Below, in pieces: positions 27,815 to 36,056 of a stretch of DNA of 64,000 bases. Positions within the stretch are counted from its first letter, which is position 1, and each line of letters begins with the position of its first letter. The translations under genes and the position numbers were made by a program. This DNA is from an uncultured SAR86 cluster bacterium (GTDB lineage Bacteria > Pseudomonadota > Gammaproteobacteria > Magnimaribacterales > D2472), in contig CAXYEK010000002.1 of the NCBI GenBank assembly GCA_964276235.1, forward strand, positions 69,216 through 133,215, written 5' to 3'. The notes beneath the pieces are model-generated. The model was not told the origin of the DNA, made no database searches, and worked only from the letters and a program-made list of their open reading frames with translations.

Positions 27815-28471
27815 CTAAACTTTATTAAGAATACTATCTGCAACAAAGGCATTGGTTTTTCTTTCTTGTCCAAAATTAGATACAGGTCCATGACCAGGTA
27901 TGAATTCCACATCACTCCCAAGCGGCCAAAGCTTTGTAACTATTGAATCAAGCAGTTCTTGGTGATTTCCTCTAGGCAGATCAGTTCTTCCGATGGAGCC
28001 TTGAAATAAAACATCACCAACTAAAGCAAATCGCTCTTCTTTATTGTAGAAAATTATATGACCTGGAGAATGGCCAGGACAAAAATAGACATCAAAACTA
28101 ACATCACCAATACTGACAATATCACCTTCAACTAGCCAGCTATCTGGTGAGCAGTTTCTTGACTGCATACCAAACATTTCTCCCTGTCTTACAAGGTCAT
28201 CAAGTAAGAATTTATCAGCAATATGCGGACCTTCTATTTTTATATTAAGTATTTCAGATAATTCTGTTGCACCACCTGCATGATCAATATGACCATGTGT
28301 TAGTAATATCTTTTCAGGTATTAAATTGTTCTCTTGAGCAACCTTTAAAATTCTTTCTATATCACCACCCGGATCGACGAATGCACATTTTTTTGTCGAT
28401 GCACAATAAATAATCGATGCATTTTGTTCCAAAGGGGTTACAGGAATAATTAGAGCTTTTATTGATTGCAT
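27815..28471 (-). CDS. MBL-fold metallo-hydrolase (glyoxalase II / YcbL-like)
   Basis: 218 aa. THGHIDHAGG plus PGHSPGH and GD..F motifs. Confidence 0.85.
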   Translation of the reverse strand: MQSIKALIIPVTPLEQNASIIYCASTKKCAFVDPGGDIERILKVAQENNLIPEKILLTHGHIDHAGGATELSEILNIKIEGPHIADKFLLDDLVRQGEMFGMQSRNCSPDSWLVEGDIVSIGDVSFDVYFCPGHSPGHIIFYNKEERFALVGDVLFQGSIGRTDLPRGNHQELLDSIVTKLWPLGSDVEFIPGHGPVSNFGQERKTNAFVADSILNKV

Positions 28472-28613
28472 TAATTTATCTTTAATATATAAATTTATTA
28501 CACATTATGCCTATTAAAATTCATTAATTTAAATATTAAAAATTATATTTTAGTATTACAATATTTTTTATATTTCCGTAGGAGGAAATCACAGTTTATT
28601 TTTATACTCTGGG

Positions 28614-28645
28614 ATTAGGAAGAGGAATTAGTTTCTCTTCCTAAT
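28614..28645. other. perfect 11-bp inverted repeat (hairpin) spanning the stop codon of the CNNM/CorB gene
   Basis: attaggaagag-N10-ctcttcctaat, followed on the plus strand by ttttattttt. A second hairpin, atttcc-gtagga-ggaaat, lies at 28572-28589. Confidence 0.5.
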
Positions 28646-29884
28646 TTTTATTTTTGTTATTGAATTATCATCAATTTCCAATACTTCAAATCTATAATTT
28701 CTTATTTCAACGCATAAGTTTGCCTGCGGAATTTGATCTAAATATTCAGTTATTAAACCATTTATAGTCTTTGAGTTTTCTTCTGGTATTTTCCAATCTA
28801 AAAATTTATTTAAATCGCGTATTCTTGAATTTCCATCAGTAATGACAGAGCCATCTTTAAGTTTAGTAAATTCTTTTTCAAGTTCGACTCTATCACTGCC
28901 AAATTTACCAGCAATTTCCTTAAAAATATCTTCAATAGTTATTAAGCCCTGAATCTCTCCATACTCATCAACTACCAATGCCATATTCTTATCATTAAGT
29001 TGAAACTCTCTTAATTGCTTCATAAGAGCAGTTGACTGAGATACAAAGTATGAAGTTAATAAGATTTTATCTATATTTTCGTCAGCCTCAATTCTATCTA
29101 AGAAAGCATGAGAATCCTTCAAATGAAGCATTCCAACCTCATTATCGATAGAGTCATTAAAAACCGGAAGCCTTGTATACTCAGCAGACTCTATAATATT
29201 TTTATTAACTTTATAACTTTTACTTAAATCAATTCCAATAATTTCTGATGTTGGAGTCATGATGTCTTCAACTACAAGCTCTTCCATTCCAAGTATTGAA
29301 GAAAGCATGCCTCGATATTGTTTAGGTATTAGATCTCCAGATTCATCTAAAAGTGTTTTTAACTCTTGAGTATTTAAATTATCATTATCATTTGCATCTT
29401 TTGCATTTAATTTAAATATTCCAAGGACTCTCGAGCTTATAAAATTTGTAATTGTAATGAGCGGTTTAAAAATAGAAAGAAGAATTTTTAAGAGCATGGA
29501 TGATCTTGTTGCAACACTTTCTGGCTTTATAGCTGCCATTGTCTTCGGCGTAATTTCTGAAAATATTAATATTACCAAAGTGAGTATTACTGAACCTAAC
29601 AAAACATTGCCGCCAAAATAGTCAATCATAATGATGGTAACAATTGCTGAGGCTAAAATATTTGCAAAGTTATTTCCAACTAGAATAGTCGATAACAATA
29701 AATCGGGTTGCTTTAAAAGTTTTAATGCTCTTTTTGCGCCTCTATGAGGTTTCTTAGATAAATTTTTAAGTTTGATTTTATTGGCTGCCATCATCCCAGT
29801 CTCAGAACCTGAAAAGAAAGCACTCAGGACTAAAAGCCCAATAAGAATGCCAAATAAAAATAATAAGGAGGGGTCTTCTTGCAT
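28628..29884 (-). CDS. CNNM/CorB-family transporter (DUF21 + CBS pair + CorC_HlyC), YfjD-like
   Basis: 418 aa. N-terminal 4-TM DUF21 (SGSETG), tandem CBS region, C-terminal CorC/HlyC domain. Confidence 0.85.
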   Translation of the reverse strand: MQEDPSLLFLFGILIGLLVLSAFFSGSETGMMAANKIKLKNLSKKPHRGAKRALKLLKQPDLLLSTILVGNNFANILASAIVTIIMIDYFGGNVLLGSVILTLVILIFSEITPKTMAAIKPESVATRSSMLLKILLSIFKPLITITNFISSRVLGIFKLNAKDANDNDNLNTQELKTLLDESGDLIPKQYRGMLSSILGMEELVVEDIMTPTSEIIGIDLSKSYKVNKNIIESAEYTRLPVFNDSIDNEVGMLHLKDSHAFLDRIEADENIDKILLTSYFVSQSTALMKQLREFQLNDKNMALVVDEYGEIQGLITIEDIFKEIAGKFGSDRVELEKEFTKLKDGSVITDGNSRIRDLNKFLDWKIPEENSKTINGLITEYLDQIPQANLCVEIRNYRFEVLEIDDNSITKIKIRKRN

Positions 29885-29887
29885 TAA

Positions 29888-30454
29888 CTAATTATAAATC
29901 AAATATGAGTTAGCAATGTAAGCAAATAAAACTGCCCACATAGAAATAAATAATCCTCTTATGGCATATTTAATTGGAAAATTTAAAAACTTGATACCAA
30001 TCAAAGTTATTAAAAAAATCAACCAAGCAACCACAGTAAATGATGTTTTGATAACTAAGTTTGCAGTAAACACAGACTGAATTGCAAATCCAGAAACAAG
30101 AGCAAGAGTTAAAAATATTAGTCCAATTCCAAGAATTTTAAAAACAAGTTTATAGCTTTTCTCAATAGAAAATGAATCTGTAAATTCAAATTCTCCTAAT
30201 TTAATTTTTCTTACATTTTTTTCCAAGATTAGTATTTCGTAATAGGCTATAAATAGAGTAATTAAACTCAAGCCAGTAACTAAAAAGTGAAGAGTTGGCA
30301 TTAACGTTATTGTTTTATATGTTGATAAGTACATTCCAATGTATGAAAGACTTGATATAAAAGACGCTATATACAATGAAGAAATACCTCTTATAGATAT
30401 TCGCAGAATGAAATATAGCACTATAGATATAGTGACTTGTGTTATGAAACTCAT
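29888..30454 (-). CDS. cytochrome c assembly-family inner membrane protein (YpjD-like, short)
   Basis: 188 aa, polytopic. The C-terminal helices resemble YpjD (K..F.VVAWLIFLI..IG). The ypjD-yfjD pairing next to the rpsP operon mirrors enteric synteny. Confidence 0.5.
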   Translation of the reverse strand: MSFITQVTISIVLYFILRISIRGISSLYIASFISSLSYIGMYLSTYKTITLMPTLHFLVTGLSLITLFIAYYEILILEKNVRKIKLGEFEFTDSFSIEKSYKLVFKILGIGLIFLTLALVSGFAIQSVFTANLVIKTSFTVVAWLIFLITLIGIKFLNFPIKYAIRGLFISMWAVLFAYIANSYLIYN

Positions 30455-30559
30455 ACTAAATTTAGGTTAATCAAATCTTTGCATATTAATACTATCAATA
30501 TTATCAAGGTTAACCTAAAATACACATCTTTTTTAACAAATAGAATATATAGATAAATT

Positions 30560-31144
30560 ATGGTAATTATAAGATTGGCGAGAAGTGGGGCTAAAAAGAA
30601 CCCTTATTACTTTGTAACTGTTGCGGATGAAAGACGTCCTCGCGACGGAAAATTTATTGAAAGATTAGGTTTCTTCAATCCTTCAGCTAGTGGTCAAGAA
30701 GAAAGACTGAGAGTAGATCTTGAAAAACTTAATGAATGGATATCTAAAGGCGCACAAGTTAGTGAAAGAGTGCAGTCTCTTGTTAAAGAAGCAAGCTTAA
30801 GTCCAGAAGATTTAAAAGCAAAGATGGATGCTAAGAAAGCCAAATCCGATGCAAAAAAAGCAGCTGTTGAAGAAAGAATGGCTAAAGAAGCTGAAGAAAA
30901 AGCGGCTGCAGAAGCTGCCGAGGCTGCAGAAGCAGAAAAAGCTGCTGCTGAAGAAGCTCCTGCTGAAGAAGTAGTTGCTGAAGAAGCTCCTGCTGAAGAA
31001 GCTCCTGCTGAAGAAGTAGTTGCTGAAGAAGCTCCTGCTGAAGAAGTAGTTGCTGAAGAAGCTCCTGCTGAAGAAGCTCCTGCTGAAGAAGTAGTTGCTG
31101 AAGAAGCTCCTGCTGAAGAAGTAGTTGCCGAAGAAAGTTGCTGA
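30560..31144 (+). CDS. rpsP: 30S ribosomal protein S16 with long acidic Ala/Glu/Pro/Val repeat tail (frame as read; the tail continues out of frame to 31322)
   Basis: The first ~80 aa ([41 protein letters not shown]...) are canonical S16. These are followed by a KAK/AEA-rich linker and ([10 protein letters not shown])n. TGA at 31142 arises directly after a 2-nt gap in the repeat. ORF 31125-31322 continues the same peptide repeat in the +1 frame. Confidence 0.9.
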   Translation: MVIIRLARSGAKKNPYYFVTVADERRPRDGKFIERLGFFNPSASGQEERLRVDLEKLNEWISKGAQVSERVQSLVKEASLSPEDLKAKMDAKKAKSDAKKAAVEERMAKEAEEKAAAEAAEAAEAEKAAAEEAPAEEVVAEEAPAEEAPAEEVVAEEAPAEEVVAEEAPAEEAPAEEVVAEEAPAEEVVAEESC

Positions 31145-31283
31145 AGAAGCTCCTGCTGAAGAAGCTCCTGCTGAAGAAGTAGTTGCTGAAGAAGCTCCTG
31201 CTGAAGAAGTAGTTGCCGAAGAAGTAGTTGCTGAAGAAGCTCCTGCTGAAGAAGCTCCTGCTGAAGAAGTAGTTGAAGAAGAA
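30947..31283 (+). repeat. tandem coding repeat built from 15-bp sub-units gctcctgctgaagaa (APAEE) and gtagttgctgaagaa (VVAEE)
   Basis: Direct reading gives about 22 sub-units with a 75-bp higher-order pattern ([25 protein letters not shown]). Near-identical to the array at 32664-32866. Confidence 0.95.
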
Positions 31284-31305
31284 TCTGAACAAAAAGATTC
31301 TTCAA

Positions 31306-31848
31306 ATGATGAAAGTAAATAGTACAGAAAAAAATAATCTTATTTGCGTTGCTTCAATAGGAAAGCCTAGAGGCCTTAAGGGTGAGTTTTTTTTAAATTC
31401 ATTCTGCACACCTAAAGAAAATATTCTCAACTACAATAATTTTATTATTCAAGATAATAAAATAGAAAACTTCAAAATTAATTATATTAAAAAAAGTAAT
31501 TCAAAATTTTATTCCAAAATAGATTGCATTAATTATGTTGATGAAATCAAAAATTACACAAATCTAAAAATTTATATAAAAAAAGAAGATTTACCCGATC
31601 TCATCGATGGAGAAGTCTACTGGCATCAATTAATAAATATGAAAGTAGTTGATCAAAAGTCAGATGATGTTTTGGGTAAAGTTGAAAATCTTAATAATTT
31701 TGGTTCGAACGACTGTTTAGAAATTGTTCCTACTGATGATTCTGTAGACTCAAACACAAGACTTATTCCATTTATTGAAAAGGAGTTTATTGATTCTATT
31801 GATTTTAAAGAATCTGTTATTTTTGTTAACTGGAGTAAAGATTTTTAA
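31306..31848 (+). CDS. rimM: 16S rRNA processing protein RimM
   Basis: I prefer the start MMKVNS...ICVASIGKPRGLKGEFFLNSF (RimM N-terminal motif G.P.G.KGE). The track start 31273 lies inside the S16 tail. Confidence 0.85.
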   Translation: MMKVNSTEKNNLICVASIGKPRGLKGEFFLNSFCTPKENILNYNNFIIQDNKIENFKINYIKKSNSKFYSKIDCINYVDEIKNYTNLKIYIKKEDLPDLIDGEVYWHQLINMKVVDQKSDDVLGKVENLNNFGSNDCLEIVPTDDSVDSNTRLIPFIEKEFIDSIDFKESVIFVNWSKDF

Positions 31849-31850
31849 AA

Positions 31851-32579
31851 ATGAATTTTAATATTTTAACAATATTTCCAGAAATATTTGATATTTTGAA
31901 TAGTGGAGTTCTTTCAAAAGGCCTTGGCAAAAGTTTTTCAATTAACTGTTTAGACATTAGAAAACATGCAATTAATAAACATGGTCAAGTTGATGCAAAA
32001 CCATATGGTGGAGGAGAAGGAATGGTTATGATGGCTGAACCATTAAAAAATTCTTTAAACGAAATCCCTTCAGAAGATTTAGGTCATGTAATTTATTTAT
32101 CACCACAAGGAATAAAGCTTGATCAAGAAAAGGTAATAGACCTTTCCTCTAAAAAAAATATCACATTAATATGTGGAAGGTATGAAGGAGTCGACCAAAG
32201 ATTTATAGACAAATATGTTGATGAAGAAATTTCAATTGGAGATTTTATAATTAGCGGTGGAGAATATGCTGCACTATGTCTTATAGATTCTGTGGCAAGA
32301 AATATCCCAGGAACCATTGGAAATAAAGATTCAGTATCAAATGACACGTTTTCTAATGGTTTGCTAAAAGGTCCTGTCTATACGAGACCAGAAAAATTTG
32401 AGGATAAAGATGTCCCAGATGTTCTTTTATCAGGCAATCACGCAAAAATTAACGAATGGAAATCAAGAAATTCCTTAATTCAAACCCTTTTAAGAAGACC
32501 GGATCTATTAAATAAGGTAAAATTAACAAATAAACAAAAAAAACTCTTGGAAGAATGGGAATCTAAGGATATCCTATAG
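31851..32579 (+). CDS. trmD: tRNA (guanine37-N1)-methyltransferase
   Basis: 242 aa. ILTIFPE, PYGGGEGMVM, LICGRYEGVDQR and SIGDFIISGGE motifs. Confidence 0.95.
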   Translation: MNFNILTIFPEIFDILNSGVLSKGLGKSFSINCLDIRKHAINKHGQVDAKPYGGGEGMVMMAEPLKNSLNEIPSEDLGHVIYLSPQGIKLDQEKVIDLSSKKNITLICGRYEGVDQRFIDKYVDEEISIGDFIISGGEYAALCLIDSVARNIPGTIGNKDSVSNDTFSNGLLKGPVYTRPEKFEDKDVPDVLLSGNHAKINEWKSRNSLIQTLLRRPDLLNKVKLTNKQKKLLEEWESKDIL

Positions 32580-32663
32580 CACTTTTTAGGCAAATATAAT
32601 GAATGAATCATCTGATAAAGAAAATATAACTAACGAAGAAGCTTCAACAGAAGAGGTTGTTTC

Positions 32664-32866
32664 TGAAGAAGTAGTTGCTGAAGAAGCTCCTGCTGAAGAA
32701 GTAGTTGCTGAAGAAGCTCCTGCTGAAGAAGTAGTTGCCGAAGAAGCTCCTGCTGAAGAGAGTAGTTGCTGAAGAAGCTCCTGCTGAAGAAGTAGTTGCT
32801 GAAGAAGCTCCTGCTGAAGAAGTAGTTGCTGAAGAAGCTCCTGCTGAAGAAGTAGTTGCCGAGGAG
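32664..32866 (+). repeat. tandem coding repeat, alternating [10 protein letters not shown] 30-bp unit (gtagttgctgaagaagctcctgctgaagaa)
   Basis: About 6.5 copies, with the same DNA unit and orientation as the S16 tail array 1.4 kb upstream. Confidence 0.95.
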
Positions 32867-33250
32867 GATAACACTCCTAAAGTTTCTCTTAAAGAAAGAA
32901 GTCCTGCTCAAATTGTTAGTGATTTTGAAGCTAAGCAAATTAGAACTGACATACCACCATTTAGACCTGGAGATACAGTAGTTGTTTCTGTGAAGGTTAA
33001 AGAAGGTGATAGAACAAGACTTCAGGCTTTTGAAGGCGTAGTAATGGGTGTTAAAAAAGGCGGTCTAAATGCTTCATTTATAGTAAGAAAAATTTCAAGT
33101 GGAATAGGCGTTGAAAGAACTTTCCAAACACATAGCCCAATCATCGATTCTATTAAAGTTAAAAGAAAAGGTGATGTTCGCCAAGCAAAATTATTCTATC
33201 TAAGAGAAAGGTCTGGTAAATCTGCCAGAATTAAAGAAAGATTAGATTAG
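32735..33250 (+). CDS. rplS: 50S ribosomal protein L19 with acidic repeat N-terminal extension (in-frame part only; true start probably ATG 32599 in another frame)
   Basis: The C-terminal ~115 aa ([44 protein letters not shown]...[25 protein letters not shown]) are canonical L19. There is no ATG in this frame upstream of the conserved domain. ORF 32599-32772 encodes the same repeat peptide in the -1 frame. Confidence 0.88.
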   Translation: MPKKLLLKRVVAEEAPAEEVVAEEAPAEEVVAEEAPAEEVVAEEDNTPKVSLKERSPAQIVSDFEAKQIRTDIPPFRPGDTVVVSVKVKEGDRTRLQAFEGVVMGVKKGGLNASFIVRKISSGIGVERTFQTHSPIIDSIKVKRKGDVRQAKLFYLRERSGKSARIKERLD

Positions 33251-33254
33251 TCCA

Positions 33255-34145
33255 ATGATCAAAGAATTTAAAAAAGATCATGTAATAGGATCTTTTTTAG
33301 ACTCTTTATACATCGAAAAAGGTCTTTCTAAAAATACTGTTGATTCCTATGAAAATGACATAAAAGCATTTTCAAAATGGACAACAAAAACCCTAGGTCT
33401 CCACATTAAGAATTTAAATAAGATTGATATCAATAGCTATATAGCTTTTTTATTTAAAGAAGGTCTAAAAAGTTCATCAGTAAACAGAAAAATATCAACC
33501 TTAAAAGCGTTTTATTTATTTCTTATAAAAAAGAAAATAATTAAAATATCACCAACTGATGATGTTGTTATGCCTAAGTTAGAAAAGTATTTACCAGTAT
33601 CAATGTCTGAAATAGAGGTAGAGAAATTATTGGATAGTCCAAACATCTCTATACCAATAGAAAAAAGAGACAAAGCGATGATAGAAATGTTGTATGCAAC
33701 TGGAATGAGAATCTCTGAATTAACAGGGTTAAAGATTACTGATATTGATACCAATAGGCTTGTTGTTAAAGTACTTGGAAAAGGATCTAAGGAAAGATTG
33801 ATACCATATGGAGAAAAAGCTGCAGATTCTCTTAACTCGTATATTAAGGATAGACCTAAATCTAATTGCAAAGAAACGTTTTTAAGTAACAGAGGCACAG
33901 CAATTACAAGAGGAGCTTTTTGGCAAAGGATAAAAGTTTATATTGCTAGAGAAAATCTTAAGATTTCAATATCACCTCATACACTAAGACACGCCTTTGC
34001 AACACATTTGCTCAATAGGGGTGCAGACCTAAGATCTGTTCAAATTCTGCTCGGACATAGTGACTTATCAACAACCCAAATATATACTCACATTGCAAAA
34101 CAAAGATTAGGCGAAATTCTAAAGAAACACCATCCTAGAGGTTAA
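33255..34145 (+). CDS. xerD: site-specific tyrosine recombinase XerD
   Basis: 296 aa. R...HTLRHAFATHLL...LLGHSDLSTTQIYTH catalytic signature. xerD-dsbC synteny. Confidence 0.9.
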   Translation: MIKEFKKDHVIGSFLDSLYIEKGLSKNTVDSYENDIKAFSKWTTKTLGLHIKNLNKIDINSYIAFLFKEGLKSSSVNRKISTLKAFYLFLIKKKIIKISPTDDVVMPKLEKYLPVSMSEIEVEKLLDSPNISIPIEKRDKAMIEMLYATGMRISELTGLKITDIDTNRLVVKVLGKGSKERLIPYGEKAADSLNSYIKDRPKSNCKETFLSNRGTAITRGAFWQRIKVYIARENLKISISPHTLRHAFATHLLNRGADLRSVQILLGHSDLSTTQIYTHIAKQRLGEILKKHHPRG

Positions 34146-34147
34146 AA

Positions 34148-34861
34148 ATGAATAAATTATATATTTTTTGTATTCTTCTATTGTCTAGTAGCCTCCTTAC
34201 TGCTGATGAGGAGATTATTAAATCGAAACTTAAGAATGTATTGCCAGCAGACGCAGTAATCGAGTCAATAGAGCCATCTCCATTTAAAGGGGTATATAAA
34301 GTTTACTATGGAGATTTACAGCCTATTTATGTTTCTAAAGATGGGAATTTCTTCATTTTTGGCGATATGTATAAAATTAATGGTCAAAGAATTGAAAATA
34401 TAACTGATCAAGAAAAGAGAGATGTTAGAGTACAAATCATTAATAAAATGCCAGAAGAAGAATTTATATCTTTTAAAGCAAATAATGAGTTACATGTAGT
34501 TACTATTTTTACAGATGTTGACTGTGGCTATTGTAGAAAGCTTCATAATCAGATTTCTGAATACAATGATTTAGGTATCTCAGTTAGATATGCTGCTTTT
34601 CCAAGGTCAGGTATTGGTACTGAAGCTTTTTCTAAAATGGTTGGAGCATGGTGTTCAAATAACCCAAAGAAAAGTCTAACCAGTCTTAAAAATAATAAAA
34701 AAATAGATTTGTCCATTTGCGACAACCAACCAGTATCAAAACATTATGTTATTGGTCAAAGAATAGGAGTTACTGGAACACCTGCAATATTCACTGCAAG
34801 TGGAGAAATTATTCCGGGATATTTATCTCCTGAGGATTTAATTCAAAAATTAAAGTCTTAA
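34148..34861 (+). CDS. dsbC: thiol:disulfide interchange protein DsbC
   Basis: 237 aa. Signal peptide, N-terminal dimerisation domain, thioredoxin fold with CGYC, GTPA cis-Pro loop. Confidence 0.8.
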   Translation: MNKLYIFCILLLSSSLLTADEEIIKSKLKNVLPADAVIESIEPSPFKGVYKVYYGDLQPIYVSKDGNFFIFGDMYKINGQRIENITDQEKRDVRVQIINKMPEEEFISFKANNELHVVTIFTDVDCGYCRKLHNQISEYNDLGISVRYAAFPRSGIGTEAFSKMVGAWCSNNPKKSLTSLKNNKKIDLSICDNQPVSKHYVIGQRIGVTGTPAIFTASGEIIPGYLSPEDLIQKLKS

Positions 34862-34868
34862 ATTTATT

Positions 34869-36056
34869 ATGCCTGATCTTAATTTTCAGAATGCAGAGAA
34901 ATTACCTCCATATATTTTTGGTCAAATTAATGCATTAAAGTCAGAAGCCCGATCGCGAGGAGAAGATATCATTGACTTTGGTATGGGTAATCCTGATCAA
35001 GCAACACCCAGTCCAATAGTTGAGAAGTTAATTGAGACGGTTCGCAATCCCTTATCTCATAGGTATTCTCAATCAGCAGGACTCCCAAAACTTAGAAAAG
35101 CTATTCAAAATTGGTATTCGAGAAGGTATCAAGTTGATTTGGACTCAGATTCTGAAATAGTAACCTGTATGGGATCTAAAGAAGGTATTGCACATCTCTC
35201 TTTAGCCACTTTATCTAATCAAGATACTGTCTTAGTTCAGTCACCTACCTATCCTATTCATTCATATGGCGTTCTAATTGCTGGTGCCAATCTTCATTCG
35301 ATTGAATTAAAAAGTAATTTAGATGATTTTTTAATTGATGTTGAGAATATTATTATTAATTCTCCAAAAAAACCAAAAATGATTGTCATCAATTTTCCTT
35401 CTAATCCAACAACACAGACAGCAACTATAGATTTCTTTAAAAAAATTGTTGAGATCGGAAAAAAGTATGATATTTGGATTATTCATGATCTTGCATACGC
35501 TGATATAGCATTTGATGGTTATAAGGCGCCATCTATTTTAGAAGTTGAAGGCGCAAAAGATATAGCTGTTGAATTTTTTACTCTATCTAAATCATACAAT
35601 ATGCCAGGATGGAGAGTTGGCTTTTGTTGTGGTAACAGTGAGCTAGTTAAGGCTCTTACTAAAATAAAATCATATTTAGATTATGGAACTTTCACACCAA
35701 TTCAGGTAGCTGCCATAAAAGCCATCAATGATTGTGATGAAGAGGTCAATCAAATTTGTAAAATGTATGAAAGCAGAAGAGATGAATTGTGTTCTGGTTT
35801 AAATAGAATAGGCTGGGATGTTGAAAAACCTCTTGCTACAATGTTTGTTTGGGCAAAAATACCAAATAAATATATATCCTTAGGGTCGCTTGAGTTTAGT
35901 AAATTACTTATCAAGCATGCTTCTGTTGCTGTTTCTCCAGGAGCTGGATTTGGAAAAGATGGCGATAGTTATGTTAGATTTTCTTTGATAGAAAATGAGC
36001 ATAGAACAAGACAAGCTATAAGAGGCATAAGAAATTTTTTATCTATGGAGATGTAA
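34869..36056 (+). CDS. class I/II PLP-dependent aminotransferase (alanine/aspartate aminotransferase-like)
   Basis: 395 aa. NPTT, D.AY and SKSYNMPGWRVGF (PLP lysine) motifs. Confidence 0.85.
   Translation: MPDLNFQNAEKLPPYIFGQINALKSEARSRGEDIIDFGMGNPDQATPSPIVEKLIETVRNPLSHRYSQSAGLPKLRKAIQNWYSRRYQVDLDSDSEIVTCMGSKEGIAHLSLATLSNQDTVLVQSPTYPIHSYGVLIAGANLHSIELKSNLDDFLIDVENIIINSPKKPKMIVINFPSNPTTQTATIDFFKKIVEIGKKYDIWIIHDLAYADIAFDGYKAPSILEVEGAKDIAVEFFTLSKSYNMPGWRVGFCCGNSELVKALTKIKSYLDYGTFTPIQVAAIKAINDCDEEVNQICKMYESRRDELCSGLNRIGWDVEKPLATMFVWAKIPNKYISLGSLEFSKLLIKHASVAVSPGAGFGKDGDSYVRFSLIENEHRTRQAIRGIRNFLSMEM

Noticed and set aside
30694-31305. Long minus-strand ORFs (203 aa and 136 aa: LLQQELLQQ..., [11 protein letters not shown]..., [12 protein letters not shown]...) antisense to the S16 tail.
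   Set aside because: They are open only because the 15/30-bp repeat lacks stop codons in those frames. They are pure low-complexity mirror images of the sense repeat, and they have no start context.
31125-31322. Track ORFs starting 'MPKK...' (31125 and 32735), considered as independent genes initiating at TTG inside the repeats.
   Set aside because: The TTG is simply the ...gtaGTTGccg... part of the repeat read out of frame. The peptides continue the S16 and L19 repeat, so they are better explained as frame-shifted continuations of rpsP and rplS.
32630-32938. Minus-strand ORFs (102 aa and 76 aa) antisense to the L19 N-terminal repeat.
   Set aside because: This is the same repeat-composition artefact as at the S16 tail.
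33255-34145. Tyrosine recombinase considered as a marker of an integrated mobile element.
   Set aside because: The sequence and the xerD-dsbC-hom-thrC synteny identify it as chromosomal XerD. There are no flanking att-like repeats, phage genes or transposase genes.
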